Source: an uncultured Actinomycetales bacterium
GTDB lineage: Bacteria > Actinomycetota > Actinomycetes > S36-B12
NCBI GenBank assembly: GCA_913063435.1
Contig: CAJXYI010000006.1
Coordinates: 3,147 to 67,146, forward strand
Length of the DNA: 64,000 nt
Direction: 5' to 3'
The position numbers and the translations under genes are program-made. Below the pieces are notes generated by a model. That model did not search any database. It was given only the letters and a program-made list of their open reading frames with translations, and was not told the origin of the DNA. Of this stretch, positions 1-8,999 are shown piece by piece. Position 1 is the first letter of the stretch. Each line of letters opens with the position of its first letter.

Positions 1-744
1 GTTGTTCGCGCGGCGGTGGTGACTGACGAGTCGGGGTCACCGGTGACGTTTCGCACCGATACCGGCGGCGTCATCGCTGATAGGGGAGCCGACTGGCTAT
101 CGGCAGGGCGTGAGATCACCGTGACGTCGACCCAGGATGAATCAGGCTGCTCCGCCGCCGTCTATCTGTTCGGAACACGCACGGGACCGTTGACACTCGA
201 CGTCGAAAGTGACGGCGCCTTGAGTACAACGCTCGATGTCGTCAATGCGAGCGCGGCAGCACGGAATCTCAGCATGGATGTCGGAGATACCGAAGTCATC
301 AGTGGTGAAGAGATCGATATCACGGTCACCGCGACCGACGTCTTCGGGAATCCCGTGGCAGGGAGCAACGTCGTCGTCAGTGTCCCGTCGCAAGCACCCG
401 CGCGCTATCCCAACGGATCGAACCGAGCCATCGTGCTCACCGATGAGGATGGCCAGGCTCAAGTGAGGTTGCTGACCTCCACCAACCGCACTCGCGTCTT
501 CAACATCCGGGCCCGCGGGGTCGATCCACGATGCACGGGTTCGAATCAATCAGCGGTGAATCAATACGGATGCACGATCGACGAACCCTTCATCGGAGCC
601 GGCGAACCCGTGGCGGACCTGCGCATCCCGGTGACCGTGCTCCAGCCTCCGGCCGACGATGCGGTCGAAAACGACGCGGCCGACGATGCGGTCCCAGGCG
701 ATGAAATCGAAGGGGAGGTCAGCCCTCGTAGTGCGCGTCGATGA
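1..744 (+). CDS. C-terminal part of a secreted Ig-like (Big_1/invasin-type) repeat protein; 5' end lies outside the window
   Basis: The reading frame is open from nt 1, with no stop before the GTG at 16 used by the track. Beta-rich repeat-like segments (VTATDVFGNPVAGSNVVVSV...TDEDGQAQVRLL) resemble bacterial Ig-like domains. It has an acidic Ala/Asp-rich tail. Family assignment is by eye only. Confidence 0.5.
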   Translation, partial: VVRAAVVTDESGSPVTFRTDTGGVIADRGADWLSAGREITVTSTQDESGCSAAVYLFGTRTGPLTLDVESDGALSTTLDVVNASAAARNLSMDVGDTEVISGEEIDITVTATDVFGNPVAGSNVVVSVPSQAPARYPNGSNRAIVLTDEDGQAQVRLLTSTNRTRVFNIRARGVDPRCTGSNQSAVNQYGCTIDEPFIGAGEPVADLRIPVTVLQPPADDAVENDAADDAVPGDEIEGEVSPRSARR

Positions 745-2077
745 GGGTGAACACCTCATCGAGGATGGCGAGGCCCTCCTTCGCTTCGGCGTCGGTGACG
801 ATGCAGGGGGGCACCACGTGCGTGCGGTTGAAGTTCATGAACGGCATCAGCCCGCGAGTGCGACATTCGGCCATGAACTGGTTCATCGCCGGTGAACTAC
901 CGCCGTAGGGGGCCAGTGGCTCCTTCGTCTGCCGGTTCTTGACCAGATCGAGCGCCCAGAACACCCCGAGTCCACGCACCTCGCCGATGACCGGGTGCTT
1001 GTCGGCCAGTTCCGCCAGACCCGGCGCGAGTACATCGCGGCCGATGCGAGCGGCGTTCTCCACGATGCCCTCCTCCTTCATCGCATCGATCGACGCGACG
1101 ATGGAAGCCATGGCCAGCGGATGGCCGGAATAGGTCAAGCCTCCGGGGAACACCCGCTCGCGGAACGTGTCTGCGATGTCGCCGGAGATCACCACACCGC
1201 CGGCGGGTACGTACCCGGAGTTGGATCCCTTGGCGAAGGTGATCAGGTCGGGTTCCGCGTCGAAGTTCTGCCAGGCGAACCAGGCGCCGGTCCGGCCGAA
1301 GCCGCTCATCACCTCGTCGGCGATCCACACGATGTCGTACTTGTCGCACAGTGCACGCACCCCCTCCAGATAACCGGGAGGAGGCACGAGCACACCGGCG
1401 GTGCCGACGACGGATTCGAGCAGGATCGCACCGATCGTTCTCGGCCCCTCGAACTGGATCACCTGCTCGAGATGCTCGAGGGCCCGCTCGCTTTCCTGTT
1501 CTGGTGAATCCGACCAGAACGGTGAGCGGTACGGGAACGGGCCGAAGAAGTGCACATGCTGGGCGGCGTATTCATTCGGCCACCGCCGGGGATCTCCCGT
1601 GGCCTGGATCGAGGCACCGGTGTTGCCGTGATAGGACCGATAGAACGACAGCACCTTGTGCTTATGCGTGTGGATGCGGGCCATGCGGATCGCGTTCTCC
1701 ACCGCGTCGGCACCCCCGTTGGTGAAGAACACCATGCGGTGTCGATCACCCGCGAGATCGACGATGCGCTTGGCTGCCTCCCCGCGCATGTCATTGGCAT
1801 GCTGCGGGGCGATCGTGGTCAGTCGCTGTGCCTGCTCGGCGATCGCCGCGACCACCTTGGGGTGCTGGTGACCGATATTGGTGTTCACCAACTGGCTGGA
1901 GAAGTCCAGGTAGCGGTTGCCGTCGTAGTCCCAGAAGTAGCAGCCCTCTGCCGCGGCGATGGGCAGCGGGGAGATCGCACCCTGGGCACTCCAGGAATGG
2001 AAGACATGGGCGCGATCGAGGTCATAGACCTCTCGGCCACGAGCCGGGTCCGGGGTGAACTCCATCATCATCTCCAC
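719..2077 (-). CDS. class III (omega-amino acid:pyruvate type) PLP-dependent aminotransferase
   Basis: 452-aa ORF with class III aminotransferase signatures: FTNGGADAVENAIRMAR, IADEVMSGFGRTG and ITFAKG. Full-length family architecture. Confidence 0.9.
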   Translation of the reverse strand: MEMMMEFTPDPARGREVYDLDRAHVFHSWSAQGAISPLPIAAAEGCYFWDYDGNRYLDFSSQLVNTNIGHQHPKVVAAIAEQAQRLTTIAPQHANDMRGEAAKRIVDLAGDRHRMVFFTNGGADAVENAIRMARIHTHKHKVLSFYRSYHGNTGASIQATGDPRRWPNEYAAQHVHFFGPFPYRSPFWSDSPEQESERALEHLEQVIQFEGPRTIGAILLESVVGTAGVLVPPPGYLEGVRALCDKYDIVWIADEVMSGFGRTGAWFAWQNFDAEPDLITFAKGSNSGYVPAGGVVISGDIADTFRERVFPGGLTYSGHPLAMASIVASIDAMKEEGIVENAARIGRDVLAPGLAELADKHPVIGEVRGLGVFWALDLVKNRQTKEPLAPYGGSSPAMNQFMAECRTRGLMPFMNFNRTHVVPPCIVTDAEAKEGLAILDEVFTLIDAHYEG

Positions 2078-2288
2078 AGTGATCGGTCAGGCGGCCAGGC
2101 GGTTCACCTGATGACGAGCCACAGCCTAGAACCCCACGTATGGGATCTCACGCAGATACCTGTCGGGGCGACTGGTGGCTGTTCTTCCGACTGATACTGC
2201 TCATCGCGGATACCAACGTCGATGTCGCTACCCTCGGGACGATTCTCGCGACAACCGAGAAGAGCTGCGCAACGCGCGGCAGCGTCGG

Positions 2289-2714
2289 CTAGCGCAACTG
2301 CCTGACGCGCTCGGTGTGGCGACCGCCTTCGAAGGGGGTGGCCAGGAAGATCGAGATGAGCTGCTTCGCTGTCGGCAGCGGCGTCACGCGCGCACCCAGG
2401 CAGGCGACGTTGGCGTTGTTGTGCCGCCGGGTCATCTCCGCGTCATAGACATCGCGCAGTATTCCCCCGCGTGCACCGTCCACCTTGTTGACCGCCATGC
2501 AGATTCCCTGACCGCTGCCACACACCGCGATGCCGAAATCCGCCTCACCTGTCGCCACAGCTCGGCCCACGGCCGTGCCGAACACCGGGTAGTCGCAGCG
2601 CTCGAGCGAATCGGTGCCCACGTCGAGGATCTCGTGACCGCTGTCAGCCATCCATCGCATCAGCGGATCCTTGAGCTCGAAGCCGGCGTGGTCGCTACCC
2701 AGGGCGATTCTCAT
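2289..2714 (-). CDS. rpiB: ribose-5-phosphate isomerase B
   Basis: 141 aa with RpiB/LacAB family hallmarks: MRIALGSDHAGFELK, GIAVCGSGQGICMAVNK and NNANVACLGARV. Confidence 0.9.
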   Translation of the reverse strand: MRIALGSDHAGFELKDPLMRWMADSGHEILDVGTDSLERCDYPVFGTAVGRAVATGEADFGIAVCGSGQGICMAVNKVDGARGGILRDVYDAEMTRRHNNANVACLGARVTPLPTAKQLISIFLATPFEGGRHTERVRQLR

Positions 2715-2755
2715 AGGAACAGTGTTTCATTACCCACCCCGGGCAGACACGACGC

Positions 2756-3712
2756 TCAGGGGACTTCGAGCTGGGTGATCTCGACGCTCACCCCGAGCGA
2801 CTCGCTGCCACCCCCGGCATAGATGCCCTTCAAGGGCGGCACATCGGCATAGTCACGTCCACGAGCGACGACCACGTGGCTGGAATCGACGGGGCGATCA
2901 TTCGTCGGGTCGACCGCGGCCCAACCACCATCCCAGTACTCCACCCAGGCGTGACTTTCACCGACAACGGTTTCGCCGATCGCCTCATCCTGTGTGTGCA
3001 GATATCCGGAGACGTATCGGGCAGGGATTCGCAGCGTGCGCAGCAACGAAAGCGTCACATGCGTGAAGTCCTGGCACACGCCGTTTCCGTGTTCCCAGGC
3101 CTCACTCGCTGTCGTCGATACTGAGGTGACACCGGGGGCATAGGCCAGTTGACCTCGAACCACCTCGACCACGGCCATCGCAGCCTCCAGCGGTGTCGCC
3201 GCATCCCGCAGCCTGTCCACGATCGCCGATCGCTGCGGATCGGCTGACGCGTCATCGACGTAGTCGGTGAACGCCAGGTATTCCGACCAGCGATCGGTCA
3301 CCGCGGATGAGTGCACCTTCGCCCAGTCCACCGGTGCCGTGCGCGGGCGATAGGCCGGGGTGTCCACCGTGCTGGTGGCGACGACCTCAAGGGTCGAGTG
3401 CGGCTCATGCACATCGAAGGACTCGACGTAGGCACCCCAGTAATCGGTATAGGAGTGCACCGTCGCATTCGGCTCCACCTGCAGCGAGTGCGATAGCAGC
3501 ACCTGCCCCTCGCGGTTCTCGGGTGACATGCGCACTTCATTGAAGGATGCCTCCACCGGTGCGGCATAGCGGTATCCACTGCGGTGCACGATGTGCAGTC
3601 GACGACCCCGCGAACGCGGGCCGGCACCGGGCTTCGGTGTCGACGTACTCGGATCCAGTGTCGGCTTCTGTGCCTGGTTCCGTGTTGGATTCGCGGACAT
3701 CAGTGGCTCCAC
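2756..3712 (-). CDS. transglutaminase-family protein (N-terminal Bact_transglu_N-like region plus transglutaminase core)
   Basis: 318 aa with a papain-like triad context: GVCQDFTH (Cys), HAWVEYW (His) and VDPTN (Asp). Its start overlaps the upstream alpha-E gene by 13 nt. Confidence 0.85.
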   Translation of the reverse strand: MEPLMSANPTRNQAQKPTLDPSTSTPKPGAGPRSRGRRLHIVHRSGYRYAAPVEASFNEVRMSPENREGQVLLSHSLQVEPNATVHSYTDYWGAYVESFDVHEPHSTLEVVATSTVDTPAYRPRTAPVDWAKVHSSAVTDRWSEYLAFTDYVDDASADPQRSAIVDRLRDAATPLEAAMAVVEVVRGQLAYAPGVTSVSTTASEAWEHGNGVCQDFTHVTLSLLRTLRIPARYVSGYLHTQDEAIGETVVGESHAWVEYWDGGWAAVDPTNDRPVDSSHVVVARGRDYADVPPLKGIYAGGGSESLGVSVEITQLEVP

Positions 3713-4605
3713 ACGATCGTGCCGGATTGCCGGAAGAACGCATCATTGGCGATGTCCGATGCGGTTGCTGCCGAGTCACGCGCCATCACCGCCAAGCGAT
3801 CAACCTCATCGGTTGAGGGCTCAACGGCGTATTCCAATGCCGACCGCAGCAGACCGACCTCGCGCAAGAGCGCCCCGCCGTCGCCGGCACCGAGGAGGCC
3901 GAGGTCACGCACCGATTCCTCCGCCTCGACGGCACTGCGGCGCATCGATCGCGGGAACGACGGATCGAGGACATAGAACTCCCGAACACTGTCACCATCG
4001 ACGGCAACCCCGGTGCGCAGCATGGCTGAATACGATGCCCCTGCGCGCAGCGTCGCCACCGGACCCGATTCCGGCCACAGCAGGTCATGCCCGACCGCCA
4101 ACAACCGAGAGGTCATGTCAATACGTTCGAGGGAGCGTCCGAGTTTGAGGAATTGGAACGCTTCATCGCGGGGCATCGCCCATGACACGACGCCGTGCAC
4201 GACGAGCAACCGCTCGACCACGCGGTGCAAGGACACGCCGGGGGAGTCCACATAGGCGATGCCCCGCGTCAGCGACAGGTGTGTGGAATTCAGGGCCTCG
4301 AAGACTTCACCGGAAAGCACATCGCGCACACTTCGAGCGTTCTCTCGTGCTGCGGCTACGGATCCAGCAACCGTCGATCGCTGACCGCCGCCGCCCATCA
4401 CGCGACGCACCAGATCGACTCCGGTCTGCACCTTCTCGTCGGGGAGGGACAGCGCCTCGAGCAGCACCGAACACGCGTCGATTTCCGCGACAGTGCGGTC
4501 CTCGACCATGAGTTGGTGATGCTCTGCCAGAAGCCGGGCGGTGGAATGCGCCCGCTCGACGTAGCGGCCGATCCAGAAGAACGACTCCGCAATGCGACTC
4601 AACAT
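3700..4605 (-). CDS. alpha-E domain protein (DUF403)
   Basis: 301 aa. The N-terminus MLSRIAESFFWIGRYVERA is the alpha-E family signature. It sits between the ATP-grasp and transglutaminase genes, overlapping both. Confidence 0.85.
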   Translation of the reverse strand: MLSRIAESFFWIGRYVERAHSTARLLAEHHQLMVEDRTVAEIDACSVLLEALSLPDEKVQTGVDLVRRVMGGGGQRSTVAGSVAAARENARSVRDVLSGEVFEALNSTHLSLTRGIAYVDSPGVSLHRVVERLLVVHGVVSWAMPRDEAFQFLKLGRSLERIDMTSRLLAVGHDLLWPESGPVATLRAGASYSAMLRTGVAVDGDSVREFYVLDPSFPRSMRRSAVEAEESVRDLGLLGAGDGGALLREVGLLRSALEYAVEPSTDEVDRLAVMARDSAATASDIANDAFFRQSGTIVWSH

Positions 4606-6233
4606 GGATGCTCACCACACATGCTTCCCTGCTGTTGACCCACCTGCTGCTGCTGGCGTTCCTGCTGCTGCATGCGCTCATCGTGTGTGCGCGGAGCCTC
4701 ACGTCGAGCCGGCAGATCAGCATCGACGATCGCAACCCGCGGCACCGGACGTGCCACCGGGCGTGACACCGGGCGTGGTCGCTGTCCGGAATCATCGAGT
4801 ACCCAGGTGTCCTTCGATCCACCCCCCTGGCTGGAGTTGACCACCAGGCTGCCCTCCGGCAGGGCAACGCGCGTCAAACCACCCGGCAACACATAGACCT
4901 GCGAGCCATCGTTGACCGCGAACGGGCGCAGATCGACGTGCCGGGCAGCGAGGCGGCCGTCCTCCTGCATCGTCGGACAGGTCGAGAACGTGACGACCGG
5001 TTGCGCGATCCAGCCCCGCGGATCCTCACGCACCGCGGCGATCGTGCGGGCGATCTGCTCATCCTTGGCACTCGGACCCATCAGCAGGCCGTAGCCACCC
5101 GAGGCATCCGAGGGCTTGATGACCATCCGATGCACGTTCTCGATGACGTACTCGCACTGTTCGGGGTCGGCGAGATCGAAGGTGTCGACATTGGGAAGCA
5201 GGGGCTGCTCGCCGAGGTAGTAGTCGATGAGTTTCGGCACATACGGATAGATCGCCTTGTCATCAGCCACGCCATTGCCGACCGCATTGGCGATGGTGAC
5301 GTGCCCGGCGCGAGCCGCATTGAGCAATCCGGGGACACCGAGAACACTGTCGCCGCGCAACTGCACCGGATCCAAGAAGTCATCATCGATGCGTCGATAG
5401 ATCACGTGAACCCGACGCGGGCCGAGTGTGGTGCGCATCCACACGCGGTCATCGCGGCAGTACAGGTCACGGCCCTCGACAAGTTCGACACCCATGCGGC
5501 GGGCGAGGAACGCGTGTTCGTAATGCGCGGAGTTGTGCACACCGGGGGTGAGCACCACGATCGCCGGATCGGTCACCGGTGCCGCGAGTCGCAATGCTCG
5601 CTCCAGACGGTCGGGGTATTCCGCGACGGGGCGCACGACGTGCCCGGCGAAAACCTCGGGCAGCACGTGACCCATTGTGCGTCGGTTTTCCAACACGTAG
5701 GAGACCCCGGAAGGATTGCGCAGGTTGTCCTCCAATACCCGGAAGTCACCCTGCTCGTCCCTGATGAGGTCGATACCCGAGACGTGGATGCGCACGCCGT
5801 TCGGTGGCATGATCCCCCAGGCCTGCCGGTGGAAATGCGTCGACGAGGTGACCAGCCGACGGGGAATCACGCCGTCAGCGAGCACCTGACCGGAGCCGTA
5901 GACATCGGCGAGGAACATCTCCAATGCGCGAAGGCGCTGGATCACCCCCGCTTCGATCGTCTCCCACTCGGCCGCCGTGATGATGCGCGGTACCAGATCC
6001 ATCGGAAGCGGACGCTCACGCTCCCCGAGGATGAAGGTGATGCCGTGGCGGTCCAGATAGGCATCGCGCAAGCGCGCCCGCTCCGCGAGCTCGGAGGTAC
6101 CTAACCCCTCGAGCACCCGGTGCAGATCCGCCTGGGGCGGGCGCGGGAGGTCGTATTCGCCATCGGCGAGGTACATCTCGTCGTAGGGCGCGACCCCCTC
6201 CGCCCGAGGGGAGGTCGCTTCGCCGGCGGTCAC
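4599..6233 (-). CDS. circularly permuted type-2 ATP-grasp protein
   Basis: 544 aa. The conserved block LIRDEQGDFRVLEDNLRNPSGVSYVLENR and its position as first gene of the ATP-grasp/alpha-E/transglutaminase triad support the call. It has a Gln-rich C-terminal tail (QQQERQQQQVGQQQ). Confidence 0.85.
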   Translation of the reverse strand: MTAGEATSPRAEGVAPYDEMYLADGEYDLPRPPQADLHRVLEGLGTSELAERARLRDAYLDRHGITFILGERERPLPMDLVPRIITAAEWETIEAGVIQRLRALEMFLADVYGSGQVLADGVIPRRLVTSSTHFHRQAWGIMPPNGVRIHVSGIDLIRDEQGDFRVLEDNLRNPSGVSYVLENRRTMGHVLPEVFAGHVVRPVAEYPDRLERALRLAAPVTDPAIVVLTPGVHNSAHYEHAFLARRMGVELVEGRDLYCRDDRVWMRTTLGPRRVHVIYRRIDDDFLDPVQLRGDSVLGVPGLLNAARAGHVTIANAVGNGVADDKAIYPYVPKLIDYYLGEQPLLPNVDTFDLADPEQCEYVIENVHRMVIKPSDASGGYGLLMGPSAKDEQIARTIAAVREDPRGWIAQPVVTFSTCPTMQEDGRLAARHVDLRPFAVNDGSQVYVLPGGLTRVALPEGSLVVNSSQGGGSKDTWVLDDSGQRPRPVSRPVARPVPRVAIVDADLPARREAPRTHDERMQQQERQQQQVGQQQGSMCGEHPC

Positions 6234-6305
6234 AGGAGGATTCCTAGCAGGCGATCATGTCGATCTGGTTTCGCCGAACCCGGGGCATCGGATACCCTCG
6301 GGGGT

Positions 6306-6845
6306 ATGCAGGCGCTGAGTGCACTTCGGATGTGGCCGATGCGACGCTGGGGGGTCGCGGCGATCGCGGCCGTCATCTCGACGGTGGCCCTCGCGATTCC
6401 CACGGCGCTCATCCCCAATCCCATCTTCGGTCGGGCTATCGCACCGGAATGGTGGTCCTGGCCCGTCACGATCATCACCGGCATCCTCGCCGGGCTGCTC
6501 GTGGCCACCTACGTCGCGTTGCCCCACCCGAGGGGAGAGGCAGCCACGGCCGCGGGTGACTTCGACGCGAGTGCCGACTCTACTCCCGCTGGCGAAACCG
6601 GTGAGCATCTCGACAAGGCCGGGAAGGCCGGGGTCATCGGGGGGCTGGTGTCGTTCTTCGCCGTCGGCTGCCCGGTGTGCAACAAGCTCGTGCTCATCGC
6701 ACTGGGCTCGACGGGCGCCATTCAGTGGTTCGCACCGATCCAGCCGATCCTGGCCGTCGCCGCGGTGGCGCTGCTGGTGTGGGCGCTGCGCAAGCGGCTG
6801 CTCAACGAGTTCAGCTGCACCGTGCGCATCCCCGCCGCGTCCTAG
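6306..6845 (+). CDS. integral membrane protein of unknown function with a membrane-embedded CPVC motif
   Basis: The track ORF 6120..6845 was trimmed to the ATG at 6306, because the upstream part overlaps the ATP-grasp gene on the other strand. The protein shows several hydrophobic spans, the motif FFAVGCPVCNKLV, and a stop TAG that lies inside repeat copy 1. Confidence 0.55.
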   Translation: MQALSALRMWPMRRWGVAAIAAVISTVALAIPTALIPNPIFGRAIAPEWWSWPVTIITGILAGLLVATYVALPHPRGEAATAAGDFDASADSTPAGETGEHLDKAGKAGVIGGLVSFFAVGCPVCNKLVLIALGSTGAIQWFAPIQPILAVAAVALLVWALRKRLLNEFSCTVRIPAAS

Positions 6846-6901
6846 CGCTTCTTCGGGTAGGACGTGCCCGAATCGGGCCTGATCGACCCGAAGAAGGGCT
6901 A
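6843..6901. repeat. family-1 nested-palindromic intergenic element, copy 1
   Basis: The sequence is TAGCGCTTCTTCGGG-TAGGACGTGCCCGAATCGGGCCTGATCGA-CCCGAAGAAGGGCTA. It has 15-nt terminal inverted arms with one mismatch, plus an inner GCCCGA-A-TCGGGC palindrome. Confidence 0.85.
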
Positions 6902-7924
6902 GATCGTGATCACGCCGATTGCTGATTCGGCGAGGGATCCCAGGAACAGCGACCCGTCGTGTTCGCGGACCCCGGTGACGTAGTGGTAGCCCGCATCCCG
7001 CATGAAGTGATTGCGCACGACGTTGCCGTCACCGTCGAGACCCACGACCCACAGGATCCGATCGGCATCCGGTTGCAGCGCATCGGGAAGCGACCACACC
7101 CCGGTGCGAAGGAAACCCGGTCGAGGCAGCAGTGAGTCGAGCAACTTATTACGCGTGGAGGGCATTGCCATCCAGAAGACGCCGTCGCTGCCGCGCGACA
7201 TGTTGTCCGGCATGCCGGGCATGTTGTCGATGATCACCCGTGCGACACCGGCGTTCGGGCCGAAGAGGTCGAGGCGGCGCACCCGATAGCCACCGGTTTC
7301 GGCCACGAGGAGATAGGAATCATCCGCGGCGAGCGCGACACCGTTGGCGAAGTCAAGTCCATCGAGGAGAACCTCGACGACACCGGTGTTGCTTCCCGAA
7401 TCAGCAGGCGTCCAGCGCAGTAAGCGACCCGACGACGTGTGTGCCAGCAGATCGCCCTTGAACTCATCGATGCCGAAACGCCGGGAGGAATCGGTGAAGT
7501 AGACCCGACCCTGCGCATCGATCGCCGCATTGTTGGTGAAGCGGAACGTCTCACCGTCGAGTTCACTGACCAGCGTGACGACGGTCCCGGAATCCGGATC
7601 GACACGCAGCAGTCCCCGATCGGCATCGCAGACCACGAGCCAGCCGCCCGGATGGATCTCGATTCCCAGCGGCCGCCCGCCGGTGTCGGCGAGAACCTCG
7701 AGGTGGCGGCCGGCTGGATCGAGTCGCAGGATGCGCCCATCGGCGGTGCCGGTGATCAAGCGACCCTCGGAATCGATGGCGACATCCTCCGGCCCCACTC
7801 CGGTCACCGGGATCGTGCGGACATGGCCGATCGAGTCGGCGTCAGCGAACGCCCCCGTCATGCCCTGATCCCTCGGTGGGGTCCAGATTCCCGGCTGCAG
7901 TTTCGTTCGTCGTGTTCTCGCCAT
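6899..7924 (-). CDS. SMP-30/gluconolactonase/strictosidine-synthase-like beta-propeller protein
   Basis: 341 aa with repeated propeller-blade segments (GPEDVAIDSEGRL, GRPLGIEIHPGGWLVVCDA, NGVALAADDSYLLVAET) typical of this family. Confidence 0.75.
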   Translation of the reverse strand: MARTRRTKLQPGIWTPPRDQGMTGAFADADSIGHVRTIPVTGVGPEDVAIDSEGRLITGTADGRILRLDPAGRHLEVLADTGGRPLGIEIHPGGWLVVCDADRGLLRVDPDSGTVVTLVSELDGETFRFTNNAAIDAQGRVYFTDSSRRFGIDEFKGDLLAHTSSGRLLRWTPADSGSNTGVVEVLLDGLDFANGVALAADDSYLLVAETGGYRVRRLDLFGPNAGVARVIIDNMPGMPDNMSRGSDGVFWMAMPSTRNKLLDSLLPRPGFLRTGVWSLPDALQPDADRILWVVGLDGDGNVVRNHFMRDAGYHYVTGVREHDGSLFLGSLAESAIGVITI

Positions 7925-8021
7925 GCCTCAGCGTTCCCTTCTCGACACTTCGTACCCGACCAGGAGCCGGTCTTGTGGTGCGACGACCTCGCTGGCCTGA
8001 GCCTGGCACGGTCGGCGTAGC

Positions 8022-8999
8022 GTGTCGAGCGTGAGTGACGTAGCAGTCTTGGCCGAGAACGTCGATGTCGTCTATACCGGCCGCCAATCCAGCAAACGCG
8101 CCCTCGACGGCCTGAACCTGTCCATCTCCCCCGGTGTCGTCCACGCGATCCTCGGACCGAATGGCGCAGGCAAGACGACGTTCATCAGGGTCGCCACGAC
8201 ATTGTTGATCCCCACCTCCGGGCGAGTGTCCGTTCACGGTCTCGATGTGGTGCGCCAAGCCGGGGCCGTGCGCGACATCATCGGGGTTGCCGGGCAGTAC
8301 GCAACCGTCGACGAATCGCTCACCGGTCGGGAGAACCTCCTACTCACCGGCACGCTCTACGGCCTATCCCGGGACGAGCGAGCGTCTCGCGCGGCGGATC
8401 TGCTCGAACGCTTCGATCTCGTCGATGCCGCCGACCGTCCGACGAAGACATATTCCGGGGGGATGCGTCGCCGCCTCGACCTCGCCGCATCGCTGACCGG
8501 CGACCCCCAGGTGCTGTTCCTCGATGAACCCACCACCGGTTTGGATGTGCGCACCCGCAATGCACTGTGGGAGGAGGTCAAGGCGATCGCCGACCGCGGG
8601 GTCACCATCGTCTTGACCACGCAATACCTCGAGGAAGCCGATGCCCTGGCGTCACGCATCAGCATCATCGATGCCGGTCGTGTCGTCGTCGAAGGGACAC
8701 CGGCGGAGTTGAAATCAACCGTCGGCGAGGAGATCCTCACCCTCATCCCGGTCGACGCCCATCTGCTGGGAAACCTCGCGGAGGCCGTCGGAGGTGAGAT
8801 CGTCGATGGCACGGTGCGTGCGCGCACCAAGCGCCACGGGGTGACCAATGTGCTCGAGACTGCTCTCGGCGTGGGCCCCCTGTCGTCGGTGACGACGACG
8901 ACAGCAAGTCTCGATGATGTGTTCCTCGCCTACACCGGGCACATCGCCGAGGAAGAGCAGCCACCCGCCCCGACGAGCCGATGGGGGCGTCGCCGATGA
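8022..8999 (+). CDS. ABC transporter ATP-binding protein (DrrA/ABC-2 exporter type)
   Basis: Walker A GPNGAGKTT, ABC signature YSGGMRRRL, Walker B VLFLDEPTTGLD. GTG start. Confidence 0.9.
   Translation: MSSVSDVAVLAENVDVVYTGRQSSKRALDGLNLSISPGVVHAILGPNGAGKTTFIRVATTLLIPTSGRVSVHGLDVVRQAGAVRDIIGVAGQYATVDESLTGRENLLLTGTLYGLSRDERASRAADLLERFDLVDAADRPTKTYSGGMRRRLDLAASLTGDPQVLFLDEPTTGLDVRTRNALWEEVKAIADRGVTIVLTTQYLEEADALASRISIIDAGRVVVEGTPAELKSTVGEEILTLIPVDAHLLGNLAEAVGGEIVDGTVRARTKRHGVTNVLETALGVGPLSSVTTTTASLDDVFLAYTGHIAEEEQPPAPTSRWGRRR

Noticed and set aside
719-744. Convergent gene-end overlaps (1..744 with 719..2077, and 46166..47404 with 47388..48080), considered as antisense regulation.
   Set aside because: Short 3'-3' overlaps are common in compact GC-rich genomes. 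Nothing in the sequence suggests a specific mechanism.
4644-4670. Interrupted CTG/CAG trinucleotide repeats at the ATP-grasp 3' end, considered as a phase-variation tract.
   Set aside because: The runs have only 4 and 3 units and are interrupted. In-frame slippage would merely change the Gln count of a tail, so there is no on/off switch potential.
4938-6104. Long antisense ORFs in the track. Examples are 4938..6104(+), 9657..10658(-), 18569..19708(+), 24353..25441(-), 24739..25740(+), 26553..27767(-), 37439..38320(-), 39962..40855(+), 55334..55894(-), 57612..58280(-) and 61079..61870(-).
   Set aside because: Each lies opposite or out of frame to a gene with strong family motifs. Their products are Arg/Pro/Gly/His-rich low-complexity strings typical of shadow frames in GC-rich DNA. 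None shows a recognisable domain.
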